In this document: one piece after another, positions 25,461 through 44,573 of the stretch
How the letters are laid out: each line of letters starts with the position of its first letter
Position numbering within the stretch: the stretch's first letter is position 1
Assembly (NCBI GenBank): GCA_033442325.1
Contig: JAWQFM010000014.1
Span: 1,263,201-1,327,200, forward strand
Source of the DNA: Salpingoeca rosetta
Lineage: Eukaryota; Protista; Choanoflagellata
DNA: 64,000 bases
Direction of reading: 5' to 3'
Program-made: the position numbers and the translations under genes
The notes under the pieces: generated by a model
What the model saw: the letters and a program-made list of their open reading frames with translations, nothing else
What the model was told of the DNA's origin: nothing
Databases searched by the model: none

Positions 25461-27219
25461 CCTTACCCGCCTTCCCAGAATATACAACCACCCCCCCTCC
25501 CTTTTTTCCAATTTCATGGGTTTGGCTGATGGGGAAGCAAGCCCCTGCGGTGGGGAGAAAAAAGGGTTGTGAAGAAAAGCACCGTCCGCGGGGGGAATGC
25601 GTGTTAAGGAATTTAATCCTCCCCCCCCAGGGGGAAAAAACCCCGGGGCAACCTTTGGGGGGGTTGCTGCTGCTTTGGTCATCCCCCGGGGTACCGCGGT
25701 GTCAAAAAAAAAATAAAAATAAAATAGAAAACACGGTCGCGTGGCCCTGGGTTTTGGCCCTGTCGGCGCNNNNNNNNNNNNNNNNNNNNNNNNNNNNNNN
25801 NNNNNNNNNNNNNNNNNNNNNNNNNNNNNNNNNNNNNNNNNNNNNNNNNNNNNNNNNNNNNNNNNNNNNNNNNNNNNNNNNNNNNNNNNNNNNNNNNNNN
25901 NNNNNNNNNNNNNNNNNNNNNNNNNNNNNNNNNNNNNNNNNNNNNNNNNNNNNNNNNNNNNNNNNNNNNNNNNNNNNNNNNNNNNNNNNNNNNNNNNNNN
26001 NNNNNNNNNNNNNNNNNNNNNNNNNNNNNNNNNNNNNNNNNNNNNNNNNNNNNNNNNNNNNNNNNNNNNNNNNNNNNNNNNNNNNNNNNNNNNNNNNNNN
26101 NNNNNNNNNNNNNNNNNNNNNNNNNNNNNNNNNNNNNNNNNNNNNNNNNNNNNNNNNNNNNNNNNNNNNNNNNNACAGCGTTACCTGTGACACAGTGCCC
26201 CGTCTCACAGGTGCGCGTGTCGCTGTACAAGTCGCAGACACAGAACTTGCTCAGGCGCTGTACAACCTTGTCGCCGCCTTTCGAGAAGCAGAACACGGCG
26301 TTGTCGTAGTGCAGCACCTCCGATGTCGCCTCCACGCCCTTGTTGCTCGTCAGGTCCAGTTGTGACTGGAAGATTGTGTGTGTGTGTGTGTGTGTGTGTG
26401 ATGTGTGTGTGTGTGTGTGCAAGTACACGTGAGTGTACATGGTGATGCCACCTTGAAGCATGCGCAACACGCCTCCTCCCTTCCCCTTTATTTGATCGGC
26501 TGTCCAATCCAACGTCGTTGCACACCTCGTAGATGGGATCGCCGGCGCAGTTGCTGTTGTTCCACGTCATGTACATGAACGACCGCATATCGCCGTACTT
26601 GTTGTCAAACAGCACAGAGTGGGCTGGAGAAGGACCAATCGATCGATCGCAAACAAACAGAGGTGGTGTGAGTCGCGTGCACAAGGACAGCACGGGACCA
26701 CCAAGCCCAGATACACACACACACAACACAACACAACACAACGCACACACACACACACACACAAGTACACACACACACACACATCAACAAACACACACAT
26801 CAACACACACACACACACACAAGTACACACACACACACACACATACACACAATACCTTGAGGGTAGTCTGGCATGCCATCGCTGACGGTGAAGGGGGCGC
26901 CATAGCGGGAGCAGCGAGAAACGGTGGCGACAGCACCGGCGCCACCGCTGTTGGATGTTGTCGACGTCATGGTAGAAGAGGTGGACGTGGTTGTCTGCAT
27001 TGTGGTTGTGGTCCAGCTACCAGTCGGGAAGTTGGCAGTCGTGGAGGTCGTGGTCCCCCGTGTCGTGAACGTCGTTGTCGTCGTTGTCCATCCCTGGTCC
27101 TTGCGCCCATGATCCTGCGCGTGCTTCAGTCGGATGTCGCCCGCGGGCTGCGCGCTCGCGCCGTGCAACGCGGCCACGGCCACAACAACAACAACAACAA
27201 CAGCAACAAGCGTGTTCAT
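24833..27219 (-). CDS. Secreted protein: signal peptide, Thr-rich mucin-like stretch, Cys-rich C-terminal domain of unknown family
   Basis: MNTLVAVVVVVVVAVAALHGASA, then a poly-Thr region. Exons join in frame across the N gap: ...FCVCDLYSDTRTCETGHCVT-G-RYPDADECGYQRWAGCSSQITTTIDQCAKRY-G-EENEAFRLMCLMNGLYNAPSPFTMRACCPCLSKYAQQYAHWAEFPCMAA*. Confidence 0.7.
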
Positions 27220-27538
27220 CTTGGGAGGTGTGTTGTGTTGTGTTGTTCAGTGTGTGTCGGTTGCGCAAGTCGACGCTGTTTTTTGTTTGTGTTTGTTTCG
27301 GGCCGCGTGTTTGTTCTTCAGCTTTGAGTTCAATTTGAGTGCCACCGTGCAAACGAAAGGAAGGCAGCAAGGAACATATGTACACATAACAGCAAGGCAT
27401 GCATGCACGCTGCTGACCATCAGCAGCAACACCAAGCAAGCAAGCGGGTGTCTGCAACCACCATCTTTGCCACCATCATCACCATCACCACCATCATCAC
27501 CATCACCACCATCACCACCATCACCACCATCACGGCCG

Positions 27539-32424
<4,886 letters not shown>

Positions 32425-33183
32425 CGCCGCCGTTACTTGAGCAGGGGAGAGGGATGACCACACACAAGCCAAGAGAGGCAAGCTACACAAAGAAGAGGGA
32501 GATGGAAAGGATAAGAGTGTCAAGGGAAAACAGAAGAGCCAAAACCGTTGTGGGGCAGGGAAAGCACAACCCCTCGAACACAACAGCGAGTCACAACAAG
32601 AGCCAAAGGCGACGGAGGAGGTGACATGCGAAGGGAAGGCCGTTAGCACCACACCACACCACTGTTCGAATCGCTTGGCGGCCGTTTGCTGGTCTGCTGT
32701 TTGGCGCTGTCGTCGACAATTCGATGATATCTTCCATCAATTATCTTCGACCCAGTCACCTTTGCGATCAGCGGTCTCAAAGAAAGGTACGCAGGACACA
32801 AAACAAGCACAAAAAGCAATACAAGCAAGCGAGGACAAGACCAATCGACACACACCAAAGTCGCACGTTGGAGCTGACGGCTGTGGTGGTGGTAAGTGTG
32901 GTTGTGACTCAGCCGGAGAGACCACCCACTGTGAACACAAGGAGAGAGCAAAGGGGTTTACCGGCTGCATGCATGTGGTGTGTGTTGTGTGTTGTGTCCA
33001 TGTGACGAGAGCAGATTTACAGCAACGCACAGACACGCACATATGCGCGGATCATCTGCGGACAGCCACCAACATTTGTGTCGCGTGCATGCATGCTGCA
33101 GAACACAGAGAGGGGCATTGGAAGGACAAGGAAGGGACCGCAGCGCTGCCAGTGGAGAAGCCGGAACCGTCCCACACAGCACC

Positions 33184-34823
33184 ATGAGCAGCACGTTGCC
33201 GTATTCGTGGGAGGTGATGATTGGCGTGCATGGGTCGAACGAATGGAGCCGATACGATGAGGAGACGCAGGAGGATCTGGAGGCGGCGTTTCGCCGGCAT
33301 TTGGCAAACCCGGGAAACCCGGCGCACCTGGACCTTCTCCTGTGCAAAGGTATATACTCGGACAAGCCGCCCACGTACAAGGTGAACTTCAGCGCGTTTA
33401 CCCAGCAGAACATACACACGGGTTACGTCCGTGCTATTCGGAGGCGGCCCGTCCCTGCGGCCTCCACGCTCGTCTCCCTGTACTTTATCGATAGGAACCA
33501 GATGCTGGAGTACGTTGGCCCGGAGAACTCTGCCGCGATTCAACTCACGGGGGCGCCCAGTGTGTGGCTTAATTTTGGGCCGTATGGATACACCCCCGGT
33601 CGCTACATGGTGTACTGCGACAACATGACTGTCCTCGACACAAACACATACCAAATCCTGAAGCTCACGACAAACGGACAAGACACGTGCAGCAACTTGC
33701 ACATCCCTGTTCAGCCTTCGACGGTGGACGCGCCATCCTCATCCACCTCGACAGCACCAGCACCACACGCACAACACGCACCAGCACCAAACACATCAGC
33801 GCCAGCACAGCCATCGTTCTCACACACTGATGGGGTCGTGCCATCCTCATCGACCCCCTCATCGTCGTCCTCGTCGTCGTCGTCGCTGGCGTCGAGTGCG
33901 CCCAAGAAGAGCAAAGTCAAGAAGCATGGCAAGACCAAGGCGAGCGCGTCCGCCCCAAAGCCCGGCAGCAGCAACAACAACACCGGTACTGGCACCAGCA
34001 ATGGCGAGGCAGGGAGCTCCTCCAAGCCTGTGACCTACGACCCGTCGACCATGGACGTGGCCGGTGATCCGGAAGAGCACCGCGTTGCGTTTCCCGTGCA
34101 GACGCGCGCGCTGCGACGGGACACGCACGGCGGGGCGTTTGACGCGTCCCTGACACCGCTGCAGAAGCTGGCTGCCCTGCACGTGGCTGTGGAGCCCGTG
34201 ACGGCGAGCGACGACCGGTGTCCCGTGTGCATGGCGTCGCTGGTGCCGGGAGGGTGCGGTGACACTACTGATGAAGATGACGATGACGAGTTTGGTGATC
34301 CCATTCGCCTTCCCTGCAAGCACATGTTCCATGACGGCTGCATTGCCATGTGCATCAAGGGCCGCTCGTTTAAGTGCCCCGTCTGCCCGACCACATACGG
34401 CGAGCCCCCAATGGGCGACATGCCAGAGTACGCACAACCTTGCTGCATTTGTGTGTGTGTGGGGGGGGAGGGAAGGGAAACCTGTGGGTGCGCGTGTGTG
34501 TGTGTGTATGTGTCTGTGTGCGTCCGTGTGTGTGTGCGTGTGTGTGTATGTGTCCGTGTGTGTGTGTATGTGTCTGTGTGCGTCCGTGTGTGTGTGTGTC
34601 TGTGTGTCTGTGTGTCTGTGTGTCTGTGTGTCTGTGTGTCTGTGTGTGTGCGTCTGCCCTTTGTGATTCTTCTCACCGGTTCTCCTCACCATTTCACCTC
34701 CCACCATTGTCACCGCCACGGTACACAGCGGCCAGATGTTTGCGTTTCTGCGCCCGCAGTCCCTCCCGGGCTTCCCGGACACAGAGACCATCGAGATTGC
34801 ATACAGCATCCCGCACGGCACAC

Positions 34824-34858
<35 letters not shown>

Positions 34859-34981
34859 TGTGTGTGTGTGTGGGTGGGTGGGTGTGTTGACAGACGTCGT
34901 TTGCATACACACTCAACGCACTCCAATCCCTCCCCCCTGCTGTCACCTCCACCTTGACCATGCGTGTGTGTGTGTGGGTGT

Positions 34982-35059
<78 letters not shown>

Positions 35060-35480
35060 GAGGACCACCACCCGGAGCCTGGCCGCCGCTTTGCCGGCAC
35101 CTCCCGCGTCGCCTATCTTCCAAACACGCCAAAGGGCCGCAAGGTCTTCAAGCTCCTCAAGGTCTGGTGTGCGCTGTCGGCGTCTGTGTGTGTGTGTGTC
35201 TGTGTGTCTGTGTGTCTGTGTGTGTCTGTGTGTGTAAAACCAACACCGTACTTGAGCGATAATGTTTTGACTTTCCCTTGACGCTCTTCCCTCACTGCCA
35301 TCCCTGCACTATGGCTTGCAGCGGGCGTTTGAGTACCGCCACACGTTCACCGTCAACCACTCCATCACCCTTGGCCCGCACGCCGGCATGCGCGTCGTCT
35401 GGTATGTCTGTGTGTGTCTGTGTGTCTGTGTGTGTGTGTGTGTGTCTGTCTGTCTGTCTGTCTGTGTGCATGTGTGTGTG

Positions 35481-35538
<58 letters not shown>

Positions 35539-35729
35539 TACCACATGGGCATTTGCTTGAAAGTACAGACTCACCCCCACCCCCACCATTTCTTCGTCGC
35601 TTGCGCCCGGCTGCGTGCAGGGCTGGGATCCACCACAAGACGGACTTCACAGGGACGTTTGGGTACCCGGACGAGACGTATCTTGACCGCGTACAGCAGG
35701 AGCTCAAGGACTTTGGCATCACCCTCTGA
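33184..35729 (+). CDS. Deltex-family E3 ubiquitin ligase: WWE (plus degenerate second WWE), RING, Deltex C-terminal (DTC) domain
   Basis: WWE: [16 protein letters not shown]...[27 protein letters not shown]: CPVC...[12 protein letters not shown]...KCPVC. DTC: GDMP...[22 protein letters not shown]...HPEPG...[14 protein letters not shown]...IHHKT...[15 protein letters not shown]. Confidence 0.93.
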
Positions 35730-36315
35730 ACTCAGAGTACACACATACATTCACATACACATTCACATACATACACATACACATTCACATACATACACAT
35801 ACACATTCACATACATACACACATACACATACACACGTGCAGACTCACATGCATACGTGCGCGTGTGCATGCATGTTTGCATATTTCACGCGAGAACGTT
35901 CACACGCACACATGCAGTTCTGCACGCACGCACGCACGCACACACGCACGCCCACACTTGGTTTCGTTTTCGCGTTTGCGTGCAAGGTGTTCGAATTCAA
36001 GTGCTTTGCGTTTGCTGCTGACTTTGCTGCCTCGTTCAAACGTTCACATGCGAGCGCGCATCCAACAAGTCGAACACTGTCTTCTTCGCTTTCTTCTCTC
36101 ACGCGCGCGTGCTTGCATGCATGCATGTATACAATGTAAACGATGTTTATCACGCAGAAAGAATCGTGTGTGGTCAGGAACAGTAGGCAGCACAGCTATG
36201 CACATTGCACACGCAAACACATGAAGATGAAAACACGCAAACAACGCACGCGAACACATAGAGATTCAGACGCACACAGGCAAACACGCACCACACTCGC
36301 ACACACGCGGTGCCA

Positions 36316-37728
36316 TCAGTTTAATCCACGAAAACTTGGCACGTTGCGCACGCCGTTGTCATGTGTGTTAAACGCCGAATATGGCGGTGGGCCATCCAAG
36401 TACCAGGTATCACCATACTTGTCGCGCCGTCCATGCTTGGACGACTTCATCGTCGGCGCCTTCGGCCACTCGTCCGGCAGCTGTGCCTCGTCCACGACCG
36501 TCTTGGCGCTGATCTTCACACGCGACACGGTGGCACCGGTCAGGTTGGCGCGCGTCAGGTTGGCGCCAGACAGCGCTGCCTGCTCCAAATTGCACGCGGT
36601 CAAATCCGCACCGTTCAGCTTTGCGCTGGTCAGCTTGGCGGCCTTGATGCTTGCGCCGCTGAGCACAGCGCCCTCGAGATTGCACGCGTGCATGTCGGCG
36701 TGGTCGAGCGCGGCTGCGGACATGTCCGCCTCTGTCGCCACCGCCATTTTCATGTACGCGTGCGTGAGAGTGGCACCTGTTAGGTTGGCGCGTGTCAGGT
36801 TGGCCCTGCACAGATTTGCACCGTGCATGTTCGCCTTGCTCAGGTTTGCGCCTGGTGTTCGGTCGAGGCCACGGGGTGTTGAGGTATTCATCCACCAACA
36901 GTGAGGGACACATCAATAGTGAACACGCAGAGACATCGAGACACACAGAGTTAGGTGTGGGGAGAAGTACAGAGTGTGTGGGAAGCATGCGTACACCAAT
37001 GTCCATACAAACACACACGCACAAGCACATAACGCAAAAGGTCAAAGCAAAGGGGCAAAGCACACGCAAGCACACATCACGCAAAAGGCCAAAGCACACG
37101 CAAGCACGGAACACACCGCAACACACACACACATAACTCACGACATACACACACATAAAACTCAACACGACACAGAACACAGCACAAAACACACAAAGCA
37201 CGACACGCAAGTACACACGAAGCCTGACCTGTGAGGTCGCAGCGGTTGAAGTTGATGTGCTGCAAATCGGCGCCTTGCAGCAGCACCGCCCGCAACACTG
37301 CACCCTTAAAAGCGCCCTTCTCCTGGGTCGGGAACGCGCTCTCAAATGCATCCTCAACTGTACCCTTGGACGCACGCGCGTTTGGTGACAGCAGCACGGC
37401 GCCGCTCAGGTCTGCACCTGTCATGTCAGCGTTGGTGAAGGTTGCGTCGCCCATGGTCGCGTGGGAGAGATTGGCGTCACGCATGTCTGCACGTGCGCAG
37501 GAAGCCCTGCGGAGGTCGACGTGTGTCATAATGGTTCCCACCATGACGGCGTCGTCCAGGCGCGCGCGCTCGAAGTTGCAGTTGCTCATGTCAAACCCGC
37601 TGACGTCGCACCCAGCGAGCGTGCAGTCGCTGAAGTTGATGTCGGCGCACACGGGAGGCAGCAGTGCACGCGACAGATCCGCTTCTGGTGGGGGGGGCAC
37701 AGAGAGCGTGTGAGAGTGAGAATGAAAG

Positions 37729-37826
<98 letters not shown>

Positions 37827-37833
37827 AATGAAA

Positions 37834-37868
<35 letters not shown>

Positions 37869-39042
37869 TTAGACAGTGAGCGAGTGATGAAAAGGGAGAG
37901 AGAGGGGGGTTAATGTGCCGGTGTCCGTGCTCTTGGTGAGCTGCGTGAGTGTAAGCGCAGAGGTCGACATTCGGAAAGGAAGACAGATGGACTCTTGTCT
38001 TGGCAGCAGGAGGCGACAAAAGAACAAAAAAATACTAACTCTCTGAAACACTTACACATGCACGCACGCACACACGTGTACGTACACACTTACACACTTA
38101 CACACGTACACACTTACACACGCACACACGCACACATGCACACACGCACACACGCACACACGCACATGCACGCCCAACCTTTGAGGCTGAAGGAAGAGAG
38201 ATCGGTGTTGGTGAGGTCGCAGGCGCAGAGCTTCGTGTTGGGGAATGTAGCGTTGGTAAACACGGCGTTCTGCAAGACGGCACCCGTCATGTCTGACTGC
38301 CTCACGGTGGCGCTCGTGAGGTCTGCGTCCGTGAAGGTGCACGCGGTCATGGTGGACTGCTGGACACTTGCGCCGGTCAGTCGTGCGCGTGTTAAGTTGG
38401 CGGCTTTGAGCGTGCACTGCCGAAGCGTCGCAGCGCTGAGGTTTGCACCTGACGACGCATGTACAGTGTGATGATTTCATGAGCGGTGCGAATGGAGAAA
38501 GCAAGAGGCACAAGCGCTGCTGCGGTGACAATCACCATTTCGAGCACAGACACAGGCACACACACGCACACGCATATACACGCACACACCAACACTATGT
38601 GCATGCAAGCAATGATAATCAGACCCACGTACGCATGGACGTGCGCATACCTGTCAGGTTTGCGTTGGCAAAGTCGCCATCGATGATTGTGGAAAAACTC
38701 AAATCTGCATCAACAAGCGTTGCGCCATGAAGGCCCGGCTGCTGCTGCTGCTGCTGTGGCTGCCTCTGCATGTGCATTTCCATCGTATTCTTTTTCTTGC
38801 ACGCGCTGCAGCTGCCAAAGTTGAGGGTGGCATTGCTCACACGGGCACCGGTCAGGTCCGCGCCGTGCATGATGGCGCTCTTCACTGTTGCGTCTCGAAG
38901 GTCTGCCCGTTGCAGCTGGCAGTCGCGCATGTCGGCATGCGTCAGATCGACGCCTGAAACCGAGGAGCGGAAGGTTCAGCGTAAGATGGAGAGCAGCATG
39001 ATAGAGAGGGGGGCAAACACGCAGGTTGTCACGCACACATTG

Positions 39043-39124
<82 letters not shown>

Positions 39125-39768
39125 CGGAGGTCAGTGCCACGGAGGTTGCACTTTGAAAGGTTGGAGTGGGCGAGACAAGCGCCCGCGAGGGTGGCATTGG
39201 TGAGGGTTGCCTCGACAAGCTTGGCCTGGGAAAGGTTGCTGTTGCCCAGGTTTGTGTTGGTGAGGTCGCAGCGCACGAAACTGCAGCCGCGCAAGTCAAG
39301 GTCACCCAGGTCCAACCCAGAGAGGTTGAGGCCGTTGAAGACGATGCTCGTCGTGGAGCACGATTGGCCCAAGCCGCTGTTGTACAGTTGCATGAACTGG
39401 GTCTGGGACAGCTGTGGTGGCTTCCGCCGCAGCTGCTCCAGTGCTTCGGTCAACGCCGGCAGGTTGAAAAACTCTGCCTCGGCTTGCACGCGCTCACGCA
39501 TGCTGTGGTGTTCTGCGACGGCGCCACGCACAACGCCGGTGCGTAGCCAGTGCAGCACATGCTCGAAGGCGGCACCGTCTCGGTCGATGAAGAACGCGTA
39601 CCCGCCCGTGGCAGAGTACACCGCAGCCTCCTTGGAAAACGTGGCTGCGAATCGGCTCCCATCGGCCCTGCCTGTTGTCAGCGTTGGCACCGTGGTGCGG
39701 TACACCACGCCTCCAACATCCAGCTCCACGCGCGTCTCCGCGCTCACGGTCGGCAGCTCAAGCTCCAT
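36316..39768 (-). CDS. KCTD9-like BTB/POZ domain plus long pentapeptide-repeat protein
   Basis: T1-type BTB: VELDVGGVVYRTT..TL...FFIDRDGAAFEHVLHWLRTG...EAEFFNLPAL. A(N/D)Lxx repeats over several exons. C-terminal PPPY motif. Confidence 0.9.
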
Positions 39769-39962
39769 CGTCGACAACTATCCGGCTGGCTGGTGGTCGC
39801 GGTGAATGGGTGTTGGTGCGTGTGGAACTGTGTGTGTGTGTGTGTGTGTGGAACAGCAGAGGAAAAAAGGTGCACCGCCGTCGCACTGACACGGCTGTAT
39901 GCGACACCACAATGATTTTGCTGAGTATTCTCTTCCACACCAACAAATCCTCAACAATCAAG
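39769..39962. promoter_or_regulatory. Probable bidirectional promoter between the BTB-pentapeptide gene and LSM2
   Basis: Divergent start codons only 194 bp apart. Confidence 0.6.
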
Positions 39963-40420
39963 ATGGTGAGCCAGCCAGTGAAGGAGAACGTTTGTGTGTG
40001 TGTGTGTGTGTGTGTGTCTGTGTGTGTGTGTGTCTGTGTGTGTATGTGTATGTGTGTGTGTATGTGTCTGTGTATGTGTGTGTATTTGTGTGTGTGTGTC
40101 TGTGTGTCTGTGTGTGTATGTGTCTGTGTCTGTGTGTCTGTGTGTATGTGTGTGTGCCTGTCTCTCTCTATCTATCTATCTCTCTCTATCTATCTATCTA
40201 TCTATCTACCTTTCTATCTCTCTTTCTCTCTGTGTGCCCGTTCTATGCCTTTGCAGGCCTCATTTCTGTGCTTCCATAACAACTGGAGTGCCTCTTTTCA
40301 CCACTCGCTGACTTTGACACGATTGCCTCGCTTGCGACACAGCTGTTCACCTCCTTCTTCAAGACGCTCGTCGGGAAGACGGTCGTTGTGGAGCTCAAGA
40401 ATGACCTGAGGTCAGGCATG

Positions 40421-40496
<76 letters not shown>

Positions 40497-41114
40497 GGTG
40501 GTGGTGATGGGGAGGAGTTCTTCTTCTTCCTTATGTTCTTCCTTATGTTCTTCTTCCTCTTCTTCATCTGCTTCTTCTTCTTGTGCTCCTCACTGCTCCT
40601 TTATGCTCCCCACTGCTCCCCATTGCTCCCCACTGCTTGAATGACGCCAACTGCTACTCACCTCGTGTTGCTGCTGCTGCCCACTTCTTTCTCCTGGCAG
40701 CATACAAGGAACCTTGACATCCGTCGATCAGGTGTGTGTTGCTATTTGTTGGTGTTGCGTTTCCACTGGTGGATGTCGCTGCCTGCATCAGTGCGTCCGT
40801 TGCTATCGATGGTAAGTTTTGTTGCACTCACCCTGTGCAATCCTGCTGTTGTGCACGTGCACGATTGAAGTTCCTCAACATTAAGCTGGATGACATCACC
40901 GTCGGCAACGTGGACAAGTACGCACACATGGTCTCTGTGAAGAACTGCTTCATCCGCGGTTCTGTGATCCGCTACATCCAGCTCCCGCCAGAACACGTCG
41001 ACACACAGCTGCTGCAGGACGCCACCCGGCGCGAGGTGGGTGCCTGAAGATGTGTGTGTCTGTTGGGGGGCGGGAGGATCTACTCGCTGTGTGTGTGTCT
41101 GTGTCTGTGTGTGT

Positions 41115-41189
<75 letters not shown>

Positions 41190-41293
41190 CTCTGCTTGTC
41201 CTCTGTTTGTGCGTACCACTGTCGTGCTGCTGTCGTCAGTGCCTCACGCTCAAATGCTGTGCACATGTTCAGGCTGGCGAGAAAAGCGCGTAG
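39963..41293 (+). CDS. LSM2: U6 snRNA-associated Sm-like protein LSm2
   Basis: Exons ATG (39963-39965)|40343-40410|40701-40731|40871-41035|41273-41293 give MLFTSFFKTLVGKTVVVELKNDLSIQGTLTSVDQFLNIKL...SVKNCFIRGSVIRYIQLP...DTQLLQDATRREAGEKSA*. Confidence 0.95.
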
Positions 41294-41468
41294 TTGAACT
41301 GAAGACAATTCGAACTGAACAAGAGCACCGGCAAAAGCAACGAAAACGGCGGCGGCGGTGTTTGCTCTGTGTTGACTGTGCGACAGTCATGTGTGTGCGT
41401 GCTATGTTGTGTTGATTTGGTCTGACTGATCGAAGTTGTTCTTGCGGCAGCGGCCACGTTGATGTGTG

Positions 41469-41543
<75 letters not shown>

Positions 41544-41801
41544 GGCTGTGTGTGTGATTCGCATTCTCGCATTAATGTTGACATGAATGCATAGACTGCG
41601 GTTGGCCCTGTTCAATACTGCAGCAACACAAACGAAAGCAAATGATGATGATGATGACGGCAGCGCAGGTAACGACGCATGCTTGCAGAGAGAAAGGGAG
41701 AGATGGAGAGGGCACACACAAGAAAGCAGACAAGCGATCCACAAACAAAGCGAGGCGAGATGTTTCCCGCCACAAACAACACAACACACAAAAACCGCGT
41801 G

Positions 41802-43857
<2,056 letters not shown>

Positions 43858-44011
43858 CTTCGCTGCTGGGGTTTGCGCCTTTTAGCTGTATTTTCATACA
43901 ATCCTCCACAACCACAACGAGAAGTGAAGAGTCGGCTGTCCTGCTCTCACCTCGACCTGTTTCCCTCTTCCCCTTGTTCCTTTGTTCAGCTAGTTGTTCC
44001 CTTAGCTGAGT

Positions 44012-44573
44012 ATGACGAGGAGAAAGAGAACAGGGTGCCTGCAGGCACATGTGCTGCTGCTCTCGTTGCTGTTGTTGCTGCTGACGATACCGTTCATCAG
44101 TTTGGGAAAGGTGGCCCTTGTGCAGGATGATATTGGCGCGTTTCACATCAACACGACCGATCCATCAATTCAGTCTGTGTTCTGTTCGTGAACGGCGTCA
44201 ATGTGCACAAGACTCTGAGCACGCTGATGAGTACCATCTCGAAAAAACAGAGCAGCATCGATGCACAGCAGAGGTTAAACGCTGAACTCTGTCAAGTTAT
44301 GAGGTGTGCCGAGGTGTTTGGGCAGCTTGGAAGATCACAGGGTGCTAGGGTGAGAAATGGAGCGGTGGCGTGCTGGCAAACAACGGCCGAACCTACGCTG
44401 CGCCATTCAACTCGCCCTCTGTGCTCATTATCAATCCTAATACCAACACCGTCGATACAACCACGGTCTCAGGTCTTGGAACAGACAACTCCAAATGGTC
44501 CGGTGCTGCGTTGGGCCACACCGGCCTCGTGTACATGTTAGCATGTTCGCTTCTCACTGGGAGACGATGCTGA
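44012..44573 (+). pseudogene. Frameshifted, truncated paralog of the secreted beta-propeller gene at 48120-49547
   Basis: Signal peptide then LVQDDIGAFHINTTDPSIQSVF. A tgttc duplication shifts the frame, giving a stop at about 44190. Sequence resumes as VNGVNV plus coiled coil. After a second frameshift it reads KWSGGVLANNGRTYAAPFNSPSVLIINPNTNTVDTTT..KWSGAALGHTGLVYM, only about 1.5 blades. Confidence 0.8.

Noticed and set aside
25490-25769. Odd homopolymer-rich segment before the gap (similar at 63954-64000)
   Set aside because: Looks like low-quality read-end sequence adjoining an assembly gap
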